The notes beneath the pieces are model-generated. The model was not told where the DNA came from and did not search any database. It was given only the letters and a program-made list of their open reading frames with translations. The position numbers and the translations under genes were made by a program. Of a DNA stretch of 64,000 bases, positions 1 through 11,686 are shown in pieces; position 1 is the stretch's first letter, and every line of letters starts with the position of its first letter. This DNA is from Octopus sinensis (Eukaryota): NCBI RefSeq assembly GCF_006345805.1, contig NC_042998.1, forward strand, positions 109,616,001 to 109,680,000, given 5' to 3'.

Positions 1-195
1 CAATGACACAAGTTCCAAATTGTATCAGCCCAGATCGGTGGCCTTTCCATTGGATAAACACTGATGTCATAGGGGAGAGAAAACTTAATAAAATCTTATA
101 AAACTTTGTTCAAAAGTGCGTATATATACCAATGCGAGGTCAATATTGACCGATAGAGCCCCCCCCCCCCACACGTTCATAATATATACATAGCC

Positions 196-517
196 GTAGG
201 CATGGCTGTGTGGTGTGGTAAGAAGCTTGCTTCCCAATCACACAGTTCCGGGTTCAGTTTAACTGCATAGAACTTTGGGCAAGAGTCTTTTACTATATCT
301 GTTTCTTTATTACCCACAAGGGGCTAAACATAGAGGGGACAAACAAGGACAGACAAACGGGTCAAAGCGATTACTTTGACCCCCGTGCGTAAATGGTACT
401 TAATTTATCGACCCCTCGGCGGAATTTGAACTCATAACGTAGCGGTAGACGAAATACTGCTAAGCGACCAAAGCATTGTGAGTGCATTTGGTAGACGGGA
501 ACTGAAAGAAGCCCGTC

Positions 518-519
<2 letters not shown>
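196..519 (+). mobile_element. SINE family A 5' half (tRNA-like head plus CCTTGGGCAAG core), interrupted by a family B SINE
   Basis: GGCATGGCTGTGTGG..GTAAGAAGCTTGCTTCCCAA..GTTCCGGGTTCAG and ..GGTAGACGGGAACTGAAAGAAGCCCGTCGTATA match the copies at 9826 and 38661. Confidence 0.8.
301..465 (-). mobile_element. SINE family B, 5'-truncated and internally deleted, nested in family A
   Basis: Reverse complement matches the 30938-31165 copy, including the tail GTCCTTGTTTGTCC..AGCCCCTTGTGGGTAATAAAGAAA. Confidence 0.85.
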
Positions 520-598
<79 letters not shown>

Positions 599-1016
599 AG
601 ATAAGAAATGGAAAGAAAACATTAAATCAAATATCAATTACCAGATAATACTCAATCACATACTTTATTAAACCACCACATAAGAGACTGTAGGGTTAAA
701 TATAAAAAGCAGAACAAATCAGTGTACATAAAGGAATGTACATAAAAAAGTGTACATAAAAGAGTAATGTTGTATAATAAGTAGAATTATATAAAAGAGA
801 GAATATAATATAAGTAAATATAAATATAAGTATAAATTACATCTTACAGCTGTTTCGGCCATGTCGATAAGTATGTCCCATTTTACCAATATTAGCCCTT
901 TATGGTTGGTCAATATATAGATATTTACAAAAATATCACAAGGCCTCTTCGGAGATTATGTAATATAACTCAGTCTACATATATACCCACATATATACCC
1001 AGTCTACATATATACC

Positions 1017-1190
1017 CAGCAGAAAATTCAACAAAACCTGTTACTCCGAGTTTCACGTTCCCGTTCGTCGGACAGTTTTTGCTAGAATTTTCTGCTTCTT
1101 TAAATAAAGCATATTACTCTACCACTGGTATTTGAGTACTCTTTTTTCCACCTTGTTTCACATTTATGTGTTTACTCCGGTATATATATA
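1017..1190 (-). mobile_element. Short hairpin-bounded repeat carrying a hammerhead motif (family P1, probably Penelope-derived)
   Basis: Second copy at 37251-37392 with 2 mismatches over the last 80 bp; internal inverted repeat GCAGAAAATTC/GAATTTTCTGC. Confidence 0.75.
1033..1080 (-). ncRNA. Type I hammerhead ribozyme motif (core variant CCGACGA)
   Basis: Minus strand reads aaaaaCTGT-CCGACGA-ACG ggaa CGT-GAAAC tcgga GTA-ACAG gtttt: stem I CTGT/ACAG, stem II ACG/CGT, GUA cleavage triplet. Confidence 0.65.
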
Positions 1191-3560
1191 TATATATATA
1201 TATACATACCTACACATGCACACCCTTACACTGAATGCACACACACATACACCTTTTTGCATCCAGGCAGCCCCCCCTCTTTTCTGCTTTCCGGTTTTGG
1301 CTGATGGATCCTAGGTTCCCGCGTAGCGGGGCGTTCGAGGGCCTTTGCGCTCGCGCGCCTTGGCGCGCGCTGGGGGCTTGGTCGGCCCCTTGGGCTTGCG
1401 TTGTACTGCTTGTGCGTTGTGTGCGTGAGCGCGCTTCGTGTGTGTGGGCTTGCTTCGGATGTGCGCGTGCGTATGTATGCATACATACCCACACACTCGC
1501 ATGCATCCCTACCCACATACATACACGCACACCTACTCACACACACATACACACACATACCTGCACACACACACACACATACATACATACACATACATAC
1601 CTACTTCAGACTTACACACACACAGACATACACCCATACACTCACACTCACACGCATACCACACACCACATACACACGCACACGTACACATACACACACC
1701 ACACACACACCTACATACACACATTACACTTGTATACACACACACTTACATTCATACACACACACACCTACACAGCCATACCCTCACTCAGACCACACAT
1801 CTACCTACACACACACACAAACACACACGGACACACACCCATACATACATACATCTACACACACACGCCACACACATACATACACACATACATAAACACA
1901 CACACATACACATATACACACATACGCACACACACATATACTTATACACATGCACACACACACACATACATAATACATACCCCTATAATACACACAACAC
2001 ACATACCCACATACTCCTATACGCACATACATACACACAGACATACACACATACACACTCACACAAACATACACACACACATACTTACACACACACTCAC
2101 CTGCACGCGCACACACATGCATGACAAACACCCATACACTCACACTCACATACGCACACCACCAACATAAACACCACACGCACACGCACACACACCCCAC
2201 ACTCCACACACATACAACGCACCTACATACACACACGCACGCATACACACGCATACACACATACATTACACACGTACACACACACCTACATACCATGCAT
2301 ACACACACACACACACAAACATGCACGGACACAACCCAGACATACACACATACACCTATATACACACGCCCACACCCTACATACACACACATATACACAC
2401 GCCCACACACCTACATACACACACATACATACACACACATACACGGACACACCCATACATACTTACATACATACACCTATACACACACGCCTACACCCTA
2501 CATACACACACATGCATACACACACACACATGTCGCACATACACACACATATACGCACATACATATATACCCACACACATGCACACACACACACATACGC
2601 ACATGCATGCATGCATGCATGCACCGCGCACACCTACACGCATACACACACACACACGCACGTACACATACATACACACACGCATACATACACCCATACA
2701 CATGCATGCATCCTACACACACATACATACACCTCACACACTACATACACAACACACACTCACTCACACACCTGTATGTACGCGCCACACACATGCACAT
2801 ACACACACTTCCCCACACCACACGTACATACATACACACTCACACACATACACACACACACACACACACGGACATACATCTATGCACACACATACACCAC
2901 ACATACTCACATACATTCATCGGACACACTGCCACCCGGACATACACACAGACACACTCACACATCCACACACATACATACTTACGCACATACTCGCAGG
3001 CGCGCGCACGCACGCGCTTGCGCCGGTTTGCGCACGCATACGCGCCGCAGGCACCTCGCTCTTGGACCCGACAAGACCTCCCGCCCGTTCCTGGGACCGT
3101 CGCGTGTCGTTGGGTTTTCCACGCCCGTCTCCGCGGGACCACTCTTCCATCTTTCCCTCAGCTGGAGTCCTTTTTCCTTACCCCCCCCCCTTTTTCGTTA
3201 CACACACGCGCACACACATATACACACATTGCTTAAATATATACATTACTCTTACACACATTCAATCTACTCGCCATTTATATACCACCACGACACTGGA
3301 CACACACACACACTACTACTCAACACACGCTGGCACGCTACATACGCCCCCACCCCTTCCCCCCTCCCTCCTTCCTCCTTCCTTCTTTTTTCTTACTACT
3401 GACCTTGTCTGCTAAGCTGACCACTGTCTCGCCCTACCTCACACGCCTACACACAGACGCACACACTAACACACACATATATATTGTTTTGTTTTTTCAT
3501 CTCGCCTCACACACACACATACACACACGCACACGCACACACTCACACATACACACACAT
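1191..3560. repeat. Long degenerate (CA)/(CATA)/(CACG) mosaic with two unexplained GC-rich islands; possibly low-accuracy sequence
   Basis: Simple-repeat composition; all His/Thr and Cys/Val ORFs here are repeat translations. Confidence 0.9.
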
Positions 3561-3594
3561 CTGTTGCGTTACCAACCTTGTCTCCACTCTTTTG

Positions 3595-3852
3595 CCTTTA
3601 AAAACCCACTTTGCTCTGTTTTCGTAAACATATCCGCCTTTCACATGTGCAACTCGTAAACACCAGTCGTCTTTTTTCCTTTCCCTGTTGCCCGCTCTGG
3701 GATCTTTCTTTCCTCTCTCTTCCTTCTTTATGTTTCCGACGAAGAGCTCCGCTCGAAACGTCATACCTCCCTGCTTCCATTTCCTGAGCGCCTATTAATA
3801 ATAATACTGTAATTGTTCCATTGTTGTTGTTTTTTTGTTTCCCGTTTGGATT
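3595..3852 (+). mobile_element. Short repeat family P2 with hammerhead motif (Penelope pLTR-like)
   Basis: Its 3' part is repeated in inverted orientation at 3893-3977; contains CCGACGA-A-GAGC tcc GCTC-GAAACGTC. Confidence 0.55.
3732..3766 (+). ncRNA. Minimal type I hammerhead motif with palindromic ACGT stem III
   Basis: gttt-CCGACGA-a-GAGC tcc GCTC-GAAAC-GTC-atac; stem I has one mismatch. Confidence 0.5.
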
Positions 3853-3891
<39 letters not shown>

Positions 3892-3892
3892 A

Positions 3893-3977
3893 AGTTAATC
3901 CAAACATGAAAACACAAAGAGAAAACACAACAATGCGAGGACGTGGAACAAATATAGTATTATTGGATGCTCAGGAA
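3893..3977 (-). mobile_element. Inverted partial copy of repeat P2
   Basis: Reverse complement TTCCTGAGCATCCAATAATACTATATTTGTTCCAC..GTTTGGATTAAC aligns with about 3781-3852. Confidence 0.7.
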
Positions 3978-3984
3978 GGAAGGG

Positions 3985-4026
<42 letters not shown>

Positions 4027-4030
<4 letters not shown>

Positions 4031-4338
4031 ATCACGTGATCACGTGACCGACCAGGCTATCAGATGTGGGTACACATCGCTGGTCACAATGCGCTTCACA
4101 TTGTTTTAGCCATCAAATGACGTCACCCCGCTGGCTAAACGAGCAGGCCAACAGAAGAAAGAGTGAGAGAAAGTTGTGGCGAAAGAATTCAGCAGGGATC
4201 ACCCCCCCCTGCCGGAGCCTCGTGGAGCTTTAGGTGTTTTCTCTCAATAAACACTCACAACGCCCGGTCTGGGAATCGAAACCGCGATCCTCCGACCGCG
4301 AGTCCGCTGCCCTAACCACTGGGCCATTGTGCCTCCAC
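4027..4338 (-). mobile_element. tRNA-derived SINE (family F), apparently full length
   Basis: Minus strand starts GTGGAGGCACAATGGCCCAGTGGTTAGGGCAGCGGACTCGCGGTCGGAGGATCGCGGTTTCGATTCCC: clear Pol III A and B boxes. Confidence 0.8.
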
Positions 4339-4399
4339 ACACACACACACATATCTATATCTATATCTCTCTCTATATATATGTATATATATTCATGTC

Positions 4400-4622
4400 A
4401 GTGTGTCTTTGCGTCAGTTTGCCCCCCCTCCCCTCTTCACTTGACAACCGATGTTGGTGTGTTTAAACTCCTGTAACTTGGCGGCTCGGCAAAAGAGAAG
4501 CGATAGAATAAGTATAAAGCTTATAAAAAAGAAGTCCTAGGGTCAATTTCTTCGACTAAAAACCTCTTTAAGGCGGTGCTTCAGCATGGTTGCAATCAAA
4601 TGTCTGAAACTAGTAAAAGAAT
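4400..4622 (+). mobile_element. SINE family A 3' half with (CATA)n tail
   Basis: CTTGACAACCGATGTTGGTG..CGACTAAA..GGCGGTGCTTCAGCATGG..CAAATGTCTGAAACTAGTAAAAG matches 10020-10228. Confidence 0.85.
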
Positions 4623-4680
4623 ACATACATACATACATACATACATACATACATACATACATACATACATACATACATAC

Positions 4681-5086
4681 TCTTTACTCTTTACTTGTTT
4701 CGGTCAATTGACTGCGGCCATGCTGGGGCACCGCCTTTAGTCGAGCAAATCGACCCCAGGACTTATTCTTTGTAAGCCTAGTACTTATTCTATCGGTCAC
4801 TTTTACCGAACCGCTAAGTTACGGAGACGCAAATACACCAGCATCGGTTGTCAAGCGATGTTGAGGGGACAAACACAGACACAAACATGCACGCAACACA
4901 CATATATATACATACATATATACGACGGGCTTCTTTCAATTTCCGTCTACCAAATCCACTTACAAGGCTTTGGTAGACCCGAGGCTATAGTAGAAGACAC
5001 TTGCCCAAGGTGCCTCGCAGTGGGACTGAACCCGGAACCATGTGGTTGGTAAGCAATCTACTTACCACACAGCCACTCCTACGCCT
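4681..5086 (-). mobile_element. SINE family A, full length
   Basis: Reverse complement collinear with 9826-10228 (head, core, TA-rich middle, tail). Confidence 0.9.
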
Positions 5087-5104
5087 ATATATACATATAT
5101 ATAT

Positions 5105-5158
<54 letters not shown>

Positions 5159-5614
5159 AATATATGTGTGTGTGTGTATGTATGTGTGTGTGTGTGTGTG
5201 TGTGTATGTATATGTAAGATTAATCCATAAGAATCGTTGGAAAGAATTGAAATAGAAAAGTAGTGTCCTAATGATTTTAGTGAGATGGATGGGGCAGACC
5301 TAGGCCCTTTAAGAATGATGATATAAACCCGGTTATGTATAATTGTCGACGTTTATATGGAAAAAGTGGGCAAAGATGTGAATTCTAGAGGGAAGAGTGT
5401 CTTCTGCAGAAGGACGAACCGAGGTTATCGTAATTGTGATGGAACGGGCAGCGTGTGGCAAAAGTACGTCTTTGCGTTAGAGATTGTGGAGTTTTGCTGA
5501 GTGGTGTTTTTGCTATTTAGTTTGGTGATTGTCTTTCGAATGCACTTTAGAATGTTTGGGTGCGTAATAAATACAACGTCGTGTGTGCATTATTCTATCG
5601 TGCGAACACTTGTG

Positions 5615-5645
<31 letters not shown>

Positions 5646-7996
5646 TGTGTGTGTGTTGTGTGTGTGTGTGTGAGTGCGTGCGTTTGTAGGAGAGAGATGT
5701 AGAGAGATATAGAGGTAATATATTGTGACTGAAACGTCAAGCAATGAATGAAAAATATAAAGAATAACGGCAAGTCATTGGTGAATGAAAATTTTATATT
5801 TTGTAGTGATGCAAGACTTGTATGGCTTTAGCTGATACTTACCGAGTTTTCTATATTCTACATAACATATCAGCCGATAGCCAACGTTTTATTTTCTCTC
5901 TAGCCTTATTTTTAACTCTTTGTCTGCTAGCCAAATTATTGAAAATGTCCACGATTAATTAATTCGCCAGTTATTTTTGAACATTTGCTGTCGTCAATAT
6001 TCTGAGAAACGAAACATTATGGGAGATAATATTTCTTTTTATTCTGATTTTTTTTTTAATGAAATGTTTTACATCTACAATTGAATTGCAGATATCTCTT
6101 GAATCATTTCCTTTTTTCTTGTTATCAGTGACGGCAATATGAGAAGGCTGCCACGTTAGTAACGCCACTTCTATTCTTTTCTTAAGATAACTTTAATTAC
6201 GTCGAATATCCTAATGATTGTGGAATTATGCTCTCGAATAGTGATTATACGCTGGCTACCGACAAAATATGAATAAGACTCCTACTTGACTTTATCACTA
6301 ATTATTTTCTTCTCTTTGTGTGAACATGTTTATTTATGACTTTTAGCACTTTCCCCACATACAAATATCCTCTAGATTTTGGAATGCAGGGTTGGTTCTG
6401 TTGCTGATTAGCGACAAGTAAACTCTGATTCAGCAAACCTATCATCAAGATCATTCCAGACATAAAAAAACAAAAAACAAAAAACAAAAACAAACAAAAA
6501 CAAAAAAAAAACTTTCTTTTTCACACATAATATATTTAGGACTCAGAAATCTAATATGGTTTCTATCAGTTAAACCCCCCCCCAAAAAAAAACAATACGA
6601 TATCAAATGAAGCAGATTTAGCTGCTATTACTAGTTGACCGAGACACCACATTGGACTCCACGTTGATTTGAAATATTACCAATTAATTGCAGCACGAAG
6701 AATTTTATGGAGCCAATGCCAGACATCTATCAGCATTTTAACTAATCAGTTACACTGTATTGCTTAGAGAACGATGGCTTCTATATTAGTCACGCTTAAA
6801 TAATGATGACGTGGTTGTCAAAACAATGAGATTCTATCATATCTATTCGAGCGTGACCTACGTTTACAGCTGACAGCTCGATCATTGTATGTTTTGAACA
6901 CCCATTCAATTAAGGAGTTGAGTAAATGAAGGCTTGCTCGGCTAATTTTATCTTGATTATAGTATACATACATACATCCACATGTGCATAATACACACGC
7001 ACACATATATGTACGCACATACACACATACACTACAGATATACATACACAAACAATACACATTTTTAGTAATCGATAGAAGTACTGAATACATATTATGA
7101 AATATAGTTAACTTACTTATACGTAGCTGGTGATTAGTTCAGGTCATGTTGTCTGAATAATATTCATTACTTTATGGGAGAGTTTTTACGAAATAAGATA
7201 ACTCCCAATTTACACAGAGCTTGGGATGCTTTTGTAATTTTGTATTTCAGAACAGATAACCTCCATAATGTTTTATAGCGGAGATAGCTCTCCATATATT
7301 GTACTGGCTTATTTCAAGAAATAATGATTTCACTTGTATTTCAAAAGGATCCTATAATGTGGTATATTTAAAGGATGAAGGACTGAACTTTCTTTTGTAT
7401 ACATGAAGAAAATGAATAGTTATTTCTGTTTAAAATACAGGCTGATGTACCTTGCATGTTATGTTTCTCCATAAATTGCATATTTCTGCTGATATATAAA
7501 TTTCATTTTCTTGACAATGTTTCTTTTAGATGAGACATTGTTGACTCACCTATCTTTAAGTTTTCATATATATTGATTATCGAGTTAATTTTAATCTTGA
7601 GCTTAATAATAAACGTGATGTGCATATTATTTGACAGTGTTTTGTATCAGCTCTCAATATGTTGCTTCACTAAAATTTGTTGCCCTTCTGCTATATCTGT
7701 ACATCAGAGTATTTGCTAGGCATTCTATTGTTTCAGTCCCCAGATGAATTCCAACTTTTGGCCAGTTTGTTCCAAAGTTCTTATCTCGACGTAAAATTAA
7801 CGAAGCAAATGTCATTTATCTCCCCCTTGATCTCTGACGTCATCTGACAAACGTCAACAAAGATGGCGCAAATTAACCAAGCTTTACCTGCTAGAAATAG
7901 CAACACAAATGCTTTCCAATCAGATTCCAATGCTGGATGTTGAAGAACCAAATGAAGGGCAGATTTTCAATTCCAGGATCATTCTGATTCCAAAAA

Positions 7997-8197
7997 GGTG
8001 GCAGAAACGTCAGCACGCCGGGCGAAATGCTTAGCAGTAGTTTGTCTGTCTTTACATTCTGAGTTCAAATTCCGCCGAGGTCGACTTTGCCTTTTGTCCT
8101 TTCGGAGTCGATAAATTTAGTACCAGTTGCAGACTGAGCTCGATCTAATAGACTGCTCTTCTTTCCCAAAATTTCGGGCCTTGTACCTAGAGTAGAA
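7997..8197 (+). mobile_element. SINE family B
   Basis: GGCAGAAACGTCAGCACGCCGGGCGAAATGCTTAG..GAGTTCAAATTCCGCCGAGGTCGACTTTGCC. Confidence 0.9.
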
Positions 8198-9677
8198 TAA
8201 AAAAGAAAGAGAAAAGGTATAATATGTCTAAGTAGAGCATATGTAGACTGAGATACAGGGGTCATAGATAGCAAAGACAGCAGGAATATTTTCTGTGAAG
8301 GTTTTCCATTTTATTATTGTGTTTGAATATGAAAATATAGTTCTATAAAAAAAAAAGGATACTAGTTGCAAGAACATCGGAATTTAATGCACCTTGTTCT
8401 TTTGATTTCGGTTTGACGAAACATTCGAAACATATGGGATGGTCATGGCTTGGTTGCCTTTGATCATAGGCATGCTCAGTCAGGCTTGATGTAAGACTAA
8501 ACTACCCGAGTTGCATGTTGACGTCTTCTGATACTTTTAACAACTGAAGCAAACATTCTTAATTCACTGGTCTTGCAACACATTACGATTAATTTTATCG
8601 TGTTATGAATATTCATTTATTCTTTTGCCGCTGCTTCAGTGCCACAATTTTATTCACCTCCCTGTAACCCTTACTATCTTAATCGGATCAGCACCTACAA
8701 CCATTAAATCTAATTTAAATCTAACAATTCTTGTCAGTTTAGAATAGAAGTTTAATCTTTCACCTTCTTTACATTTATTATCTTTTCATCTCTAGGGAAC
8801 AAATAAATAATCACCTTTCTATTACTGTTTCAATCTAACACGATTCTTCGAGATTACAAATCTTGATATGATTATAATATTCTTAGAATACAATGGATCT
8901 TCCCAAATATGCTTGATGTAAAATGAAACATTATATAGTCCACTCGAAATGAAAATTCTTCCAATTAATTCATAACTCGAAGCAAATTTGTAAATAAATG
9001 TAGTTTTCATATATAAGATTACTAAAGACAAGTTTTCAGTCTTTTGTTTTTGTAGAAGTGACAGTATACTTAACAGTTTCTCGAGTCTTTATTATTAATT
9101 AACCCACAACAAACTTGTTGATCCATAAAATAATTTTCATTTTATTTGTGTCAGGAAGTCCAATGTCTCAATGTTCGATAAACAATTTCTTACAAGAAAA
9201 TACAATGTTAATTATAATATTCATTGAATTTTCGGTGTCGGTTAAGGCACCAAACTTGGATCCAGAGCTCATTTTATAAAGTAGCTTATCACTAAACGAT
9301 CATACCAATTTAACGAGGAAAATTATATCGCCAGAAAATGTGAAATATATTTAGCTGAGATAGCATTATAATAAAAATAATACTTTGTCTGCTGGTCACG
9401 CTCGTCTTGACTTTGAAAAACACTTTGAACTTCCATTCACCCATACGCGATAACATGATAATTACATATTGCTTTGTCAAGAACTACTAAAGAATGCTGC
9501 ATGTGTATAATGACACTAACATTTAATGAAAAGTCACAATTGTACATTAAAGTTTTCTAGTGTTAATTAAAAAAAAAGCAATTATGTTATCTGCGCACAT
9601 AATAGAAATCAATTCATAAATACGCAAGTTGGTTCTCGTACTCTTGCTACACTTATACTTATAAATTATCTCTCTAG

Positions 9678-9746
9678 TTATTGTTAATATTGCTATTATT
9701 ATTATTATTATTATTATCATCATCATCATCATCATCATCATCGTCG

Positions 9747-9789
<43 letters not shown>

Positions 9790-9824
9790 TATTATTATTA
9801 TTATTATTGTTGTTATTATTATTA
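9678..9824. repeat. Compound (ATT)/(CAT)/(ATT) trinucleotide array
   Basis: Visible directly; source of the poly-M, poly-D and poly-N pseudo-ORFs. Confidence 0.95.
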
Positions 9825-9825
9825 G

Positions 9826-10228
9826 GAGCAGAAGTGGTTGTGTGGTAAGTAGCTTGCTTACCAAACACATGGTTCCGGGTCCAGTTCCACTGCGTGGCAC
9901 CTTGGGCAAGTTCCTTCTACTATAGCCTCGGGCCGACCAAAGCCTTGTGAGTGGATTTGGTAGACGGAAACTGAAAGAAGTCCGTCGTATATATGTATAT
10001 ATATACATGTGTGTATATATGTTTGTATCTGTGGTTGTTCCCCTAACATCGCATGGCAACCGATGCTGGTGTGTTTACGTCCCGGTAACTTAGTGGTTCG
10101 GCAAAAGATACTGGTAGAATAAGTACTAGGCTTAAAAGCATAAGTCCTGGGATCGATTTGTTCGACTAAAGGTGGTGCTCCAGCATGGCCGCAGTCAAAT
10201 GACTGAAACAAGTAAAAGAGTAAAAGAG
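9826..10228 (+). mobile_element. SINE family A, full length
   Basis: tRNA-like head GTGGTTGTGTGGTAAGTAGC..GGTTCCGGGTCCAG, core CACCTTGGGCAAG, tail GGCCGCAGTCAAATGACTGAAACAAGTAAAAGAGTAAAAGAG. Confidence 0.9.
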
Positions 10229-10704
10229 TTATTGAGTGATAGAGTAGCGCATACCATCAAAGTGACACTGGGGTACAAATATATCAAACCTAATAATAAC
10301 TATCGCAACTACCCGTCTGATTAGGGCACACCAGGAACATGCATCCCAATCATATGTGCGGACATGGAGATCTCATATCAAGATAAACAGCACATGACCT
10401 TGCGAGTGGGACCCTGTTAGATTTTTATTCAGGTCGTGTAGCTCATCCTGCTCAAAAGGTCCTTGAATAAGGGTTGTCTAAGGATGATGAACGAAACGTC
10501 CATGTTTCCAAAGGTGAATTATTCAAACCCCAAAGAATCCCTCTCAACACATAGAAATGATGCACCCAAATTACTCCTGCTCATGGTCAGAGATGCACAT
10601 ATTGTCGGCCACCAAGGGACAATGCTCAATTGGTTAATATCAAGCAACTAACAAAAAGTCTGTGGGATTGAGCAAAATATTTGTTGTAGCCCATCTTTTA
10701 TACT

Positions 10705-10715
10705 AAATTATTATG

Positions 10716-10812
<97 letters not shown>
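10705..10812. repeat. (ATT)n microsatellite
   Basis: Visible directly. Confidence 0.95.
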
Positions 10813-10814
<2 letters not shown>

Positions 10815-11030
10815 GGGCGGCGAGCTGAGAGAATAGTTACCGTGACGGCTAAAATGTTTAGTGGCGTTTCGTCTGTCTTTATGTTCTGAGTTCAAATTGC
10901 GCCGAGGTCGCTGAGGTCAACTTTACCTTTCATCGATAAAATAATTACCAACTGAATACAGGGGTCAATACAATCGACTTAACCCTTCCTCGAAACTGCT
11001 GGCTTTGTGCCAAAGTTTGAAACCATTATT
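10815..11030 (+). mobile_element. SINE family B
   Basis: GGGCGGCGAGCTG..GAGTTCAAATTGCGCCGAGGTCG..GCTTTGTGCCAAAGTTTGAAACCATTATT. Confidence 0.85.
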
Positions 11031-11334
11031 ATTATTAGCTGCAGTAGCAGCACTACTAATAGTAACTAAGTCCCGCAATTTGGGCATGCTCCTTACAACC
11101 TTTTCCCAATAAATGGCTTTGTTTGTTTTTTGCTTTTTTTTGTAACTTTAATTTTGATTCTAAATTCTAAATTCTTTCAAGTCACCTTCCGTCAATATCC
11201 ACCATCATCCTGGACAACGACGATAACTGCTACTAAACGAATCGAGTACTGGCGCACATTTACTTAGAATATATTACTTACATAATTTTTCTGAAATACC
11301 GCCTTATGTTTTGTATAGTAATCCTTATTAACTA

Positions 11335-11545
11335 CAGAGCTCATGGTCTAGTGGTTACGGGTGTTAAACTTACGATCTTAAGTTTGCGGTTTCGATTTCT
11401 TGACCGGACAGTGTCTTGTGTTCTTGAGAAAAAACAAAACAAAAAAAACCCTACTATATTTCATGTTGCTCTCGTCCACTCAACTGAAAATGAAGATCTG
11501 ACGGCATCCAGTTCACGGGTAGGTGGAAAAGTATGTATTGTAAAT
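11335..11545 (+). mobile_element. Degraded SINE family E (tRNA head plus CTTGAGCAAG-type core)
   Basis: CATGGTCTAGTGGTTA..GGTTTCGATTTC..GTGTTCTTGAG..TATTTCATGTTGCTCTCGTCCACTCAACTG resembles 42254 and 48747. Confidence 0.65.
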
Positions 11546-11686
11546 TTTCTGTCGCCTATACTCCATGGAAATCCTGATAAGCTCCGGTCTAAGGAGCCTT
11601 CCGTTTCGTGACCTATTAATTACGAATCCTTCTCGTAGAAAATGCGACTAATTTTGGCAGAAAGTAATAATGCTTATATTTTTGTT

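Noticed and set aside
1235-3415. Long His/Thr-rich and Cys/Val-rich ORFs of 200-371 aa
   Set aside because: They are translations of CA/TA mosaics, open in nearly all frames, with no splice or domain evidence.
4270-4338. tRNA-like sequence with A and B boxes (also at 49000-49069)
   Set aside because: It continues into SINE body, and no complete cloverleaf with acceptor stem is evident, so it is a SINE head and not a tRNA gene.
8822-9088. Minus-strand open frame of about 88 codons in unique DNA
   Set aside because: No convincing splice sites or recognisable motif; compatible with chance in AT-rich DNA.
9547-10059. Poly-Met, poly-Asp and poly-Ile ORFs
   Set aside because: Trinucleotide microsatellite plus SINE sequence.
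10490-10505. TGATGA-AC-GAAAC-GTC resembling a hammerhead
   Set aside because: No C3, no room for stem II, and no stem I.
10705-11030. Hypothesis that family B SINEs are mobilised by the R4/Dong LINE
   Set aside because: SINE tails read (ATT)n in sense whereas the LINE tail reads (TAA)n, which is opposite polarity, and I see no shared 3' sequence.
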